A stretch of DNA of 64,000 nt, taken from positions 192,001 through 256,000 of the forward strand of contig CAVUWD010000020.1 of the NCBI GenBank assembly GCA_963745025.1, given 5' to 3'. Source of the stretch: an uncultured delta proteobacterium (GTDB lineage Bacteria; Desulfobacterota; Binatia; JACPRU01). The translations under genes were made by a program, and so were the position numbers. This document shows, piece by piece, positions 61,659-64,000 of the stretch (position 1 is its first letter; each line of letters starts with the position of its first letter). A model generated the notes under the pieces. The model searched no databases. It was not told the DNA's origin and saw only the letters and a list, made by a program, of their open reading frames with translations.

Positions 61659-62075
61659 TAGATGTGTTTCCTTGTACGATCGTTTGAACCGTTCGCGGAT
61701 CCGTGCCTCCTTCCCGAACGCAAACGCCAGAACGACGGCTAACGGGGCCGAGGCATGTGAGCCGAGCGTGGGCTTGCTCTAGGCTACGCAGTGCGAGGCG
61801 CGAACTTACAAGCCTCGCGGCCGATCGATGCACCGCCAGAGCGCACGCACATTGACAAGGGTGTCAGCTTGGGGATCCGCGGCAACTCTCATCGTGTCCA
61901 CATCCACCATCCCCGGCCGATCTGCGCCGCGTCGTTAACACTCTCACGAGCGAGTGTCAATACTGAAGCGGCCCAAAGTTGTGGCAGGGACTGGAGCGTG
62001 CTGCGCTTCTCGCCTATCCTGACAAGCTTTTGAGCCTCTTCGAGCCCCATACGGAGGCGATCCGCAAGGGCAAGG

Positions 62076-62250
62076 CACGTCCATTGCCTTCGGCACTCCT
62101 GCGCGACCCACCTGCTCGACGCGGGTGAGCCGATCGACTTCGTCCAGGATCACCTGGGTCACCGGTCGATCGAGAGCAGTCTGGTCTACGCCCGAGTCTC
62201 CGACCGCAGGCGCACCAAAACCAAGGTCGAAGCCGATCCCGCTGCAATCG
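62076..62250 (+). pseudogene. Tyrosine recombinase C-terminal remnant (FimB/FimE-like)
   Basis: HVHCLRHSCATHLLDAGEPIDFVQDHLGHRSIESSLVYARV; not in ORF track; in-frame stop upstream at 62031. Confidence 0.75.
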
Positions 62251-62375
62251 GCGTGATGGGCCTCACGGAGCCGTTGGTGGCGGGCGATTCTTCCCCGCAG
62301 GTAGCCGATGAAGTATCTAGGCGTTGGGGCTGCCCGCCGGGCCGGGTCCGGGAGCGCAGCGTAGGAAGGTGTGGT

Positions 62376-62580
62376 GTGGACGAAACGACGCGACAACGAC
62401 TCCGCGAGTATCTCGCCGAGGTCAAGAACCTCCCCAACGAGTCGGCGAAGACCCATTGCTTCTCCGGGTTGGTTGGTCAGCTCTTTCCCGGTTCCGGCGC
62501 GACCTATGAAATCGCGAAGGGTACGGAGAAGACCATCCGCATCGGCAACAAGCTCGGCCGGATCGACGCGTACTACAAAA
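62376..62580 (+). pseudogene. N-terminus of a probable type IIG-like restriction-modification protein, cut off by ISL3
   Basis: LREYLAEVKNLPNESAKTH.F..LV..LFP...GTEKTIRI...GRIDAYY, consistent with a PD-(D/E)xK nuclease lead-in; ends exactly at the IS end. Confidence 0.5.
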
Positions 62581-63318
62581 GGTTCTTCCGGAATCAGTGT
62601 GGGTAGAGATCGAGACCACCACAGTGGAAGTAGATCGCGGTCTTGAAGTTTTGGCGGTTGCGGAAGCCGCGAGCGGTGTAACGGATCCACTGAATCTTGG
62701 AGTTCAGCCCTTCACTGGCGGCGTTGGTGATCCCGTGGCGCAGATAGCTCAGGACGTTCTCGAGCCTGGTGTGAAGCATCCGCGCCTTTTGCTTGATCGG
62801 TTCCAGGCGAGATCGGATCGCCCAGGAGTACCAGCGGCGGAAGTGGTTCCGCGCGGCGCCGACGTAGCTGTAGTCCCAGAGCGACATGATGGTTTCCTTC
62901 AGCGCCCAGGCCCGGGCGACCTTGAGATTGCTCCGGCGCAGCGGGCCGAAAGCTTTCCAGGCTTCGTCGGCAAAGGATTCGGGATTGCGTAGCCAAGTGT
63001 ACTTCGTCCCGACCAGACGTTCGTCGTGCCGCACCAGCAGCTCTCGATGCTCGGCTCGACGAACTCGATCGACGGCTTCGTTGAGATGCTTGGCGATGTG
63101 GAACTTGTCGAAGACGATCTTGTCCTGGGCGGCGGGAATCCGGGCGAGGGTGGCTTGGACGTAGGGCTCCCACATGTCCATCGCGATGGCCTCGATGCCC
63201 TCGCGCTGAGCAGCGCTGAGCCCCACCGCCCAGAAGGCCTCCAGGCTCTCTTGCTTGCGATCGTCAGCAACAAACAGGACCCGTGGCCCTTCAAGATCGG
63301 TCACGGTGTCGCGCCGGG
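62581..63318 (-). mobile_element. ISL3-family element, 5'-truncated
   Basis: Terminal GGTTCTTCC at 62581; AMDMWEPY, IVFDKFH, TNAASEGLNSKIQ...ARGFRN...IYFHCGGLDLYP; N-terminal half absent. Confidence 0.88.
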
Positions 63319-63324
63319 TCAAAG

Positions 63325-64000
63325 CCGACAGCCCCGCCCCCCGTCGAGCCCGACCGCTGCCAGATCTGCGGATCGATCGACGCCTCCTGTCACGCGAACC
63401 GAAAGCGCGACGGATCGTGAACGCTGACCCGCTCAACATCTTCGAACCGGTGTCAGTGCTGCCCGACCCGCCGTCGAGGCGCGACACGCCCGAGCTACGA
63501 TTGCTCATCGCACTCCTCGAAGACGCGATCGCGCTCTCGACCGGTCGATTACGTTCCGGCGCTCGGCGGCGACCACACCTCGCGCGGCCGCGCGAACGCC
63601 CAGCGGTGCGCCGTCGAAGAGGCGCGGCGGTGGATCGTCGAAGGCGATCGCGGATTGATTTCGTTCGACGATTGCTGCGGTGCGCTCGGCCTCGACCCGG
63701 GCTTGGTTCGTGCGGCGCTGCTACGGAAAGAGAGGCGTCGATGAAATGCAAGGTATGTGGTGTCCGCCCCGCGAACAGCCGCAGGCACCCCGGGCTTTGT
63801 GCCAGGTGCTCGGTCGCCAACGCAGGGCGTGGACCCGGTCCACGCCGATCCCCGATCGCGCCCGGAGAAATGCGGAGGCGATCCGGGCAAAGATCGGAAA
63901 ATCTTGCGATCGCTCTCGCTCTCGCTCGTTCCAACACGCCCAGCAGATGTAACAGGAAATCTTCTCATGAAATTCTCGACCCAATTTTCCACGCTTGCCT
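63325..64000 (+). repeat. Second copy of the three-gene backbone module (homologous to ~54420-55120)
   Basis: Diverged homology up to 63675, then 63676-64000 identical to 54796-55120; gene 2 has an extra T near 63550. Confidence 0.9.

Noticed and set aside
61935-61960. CIRCE (HrcA operator)
   Set aside because: Arms differ from TTAGCACTC/GAGTGCTAA, the spacer is 8 rather than 9 nt, and no chaperone gene is adjacent

Overview
GC-rich bacterial chromosome segment; gene content and protein families suggest a deltaproteobacterium-like lineage such as Candidatus Binatia, which is inference only. Positions 1-47.9 kb are mostly core genome: tatA, aceE, gltBD with a coupled Lrp, msrB, merR-mutS-amidase-glnD-xerD-S2P-trpS-scpAB-rluB. 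This part also holds an unusual ~11 kb membrane-glycosylation cluster (TIGR03663+NHL, GT2, GT4-methyltransferase fusion, GT39-like, DUF2298/TIGR03662, PRK07233-type oxidoreductase). From the initiator tRNA-Met (47914-47987) to the window end lies a mosaic island that reads as a tandem stack of at least three decayed, related integrative elements. Evidence: three large-serine-recombinase remnants (one ending inside the tRNA 3' end), a second tRNA-3'-like junction at ~54077, a duplicated three-gene Cys-rich module, and a duplicated promoter plus terminase-small-subunit-like gene start. Between these remnants the intact cargo is mostly PEP-CTERM/exopolysaccharide related (two PEP-CTERM proteins, a priming sugar transferase, a secreted beta-helix protein, a receiver protein, plus a PrsR remnant with two PEP-CTERM boxes). 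Both putative nuclease genes are broken by IS elements (IS21 with non-canonical ends; truncated ISL3). Several conserved genes carry single-base indels that are probably sequencing or assembly errors. No CRISPR array or rRNA was seen. All family assignments come from motif recognition, not database searches.
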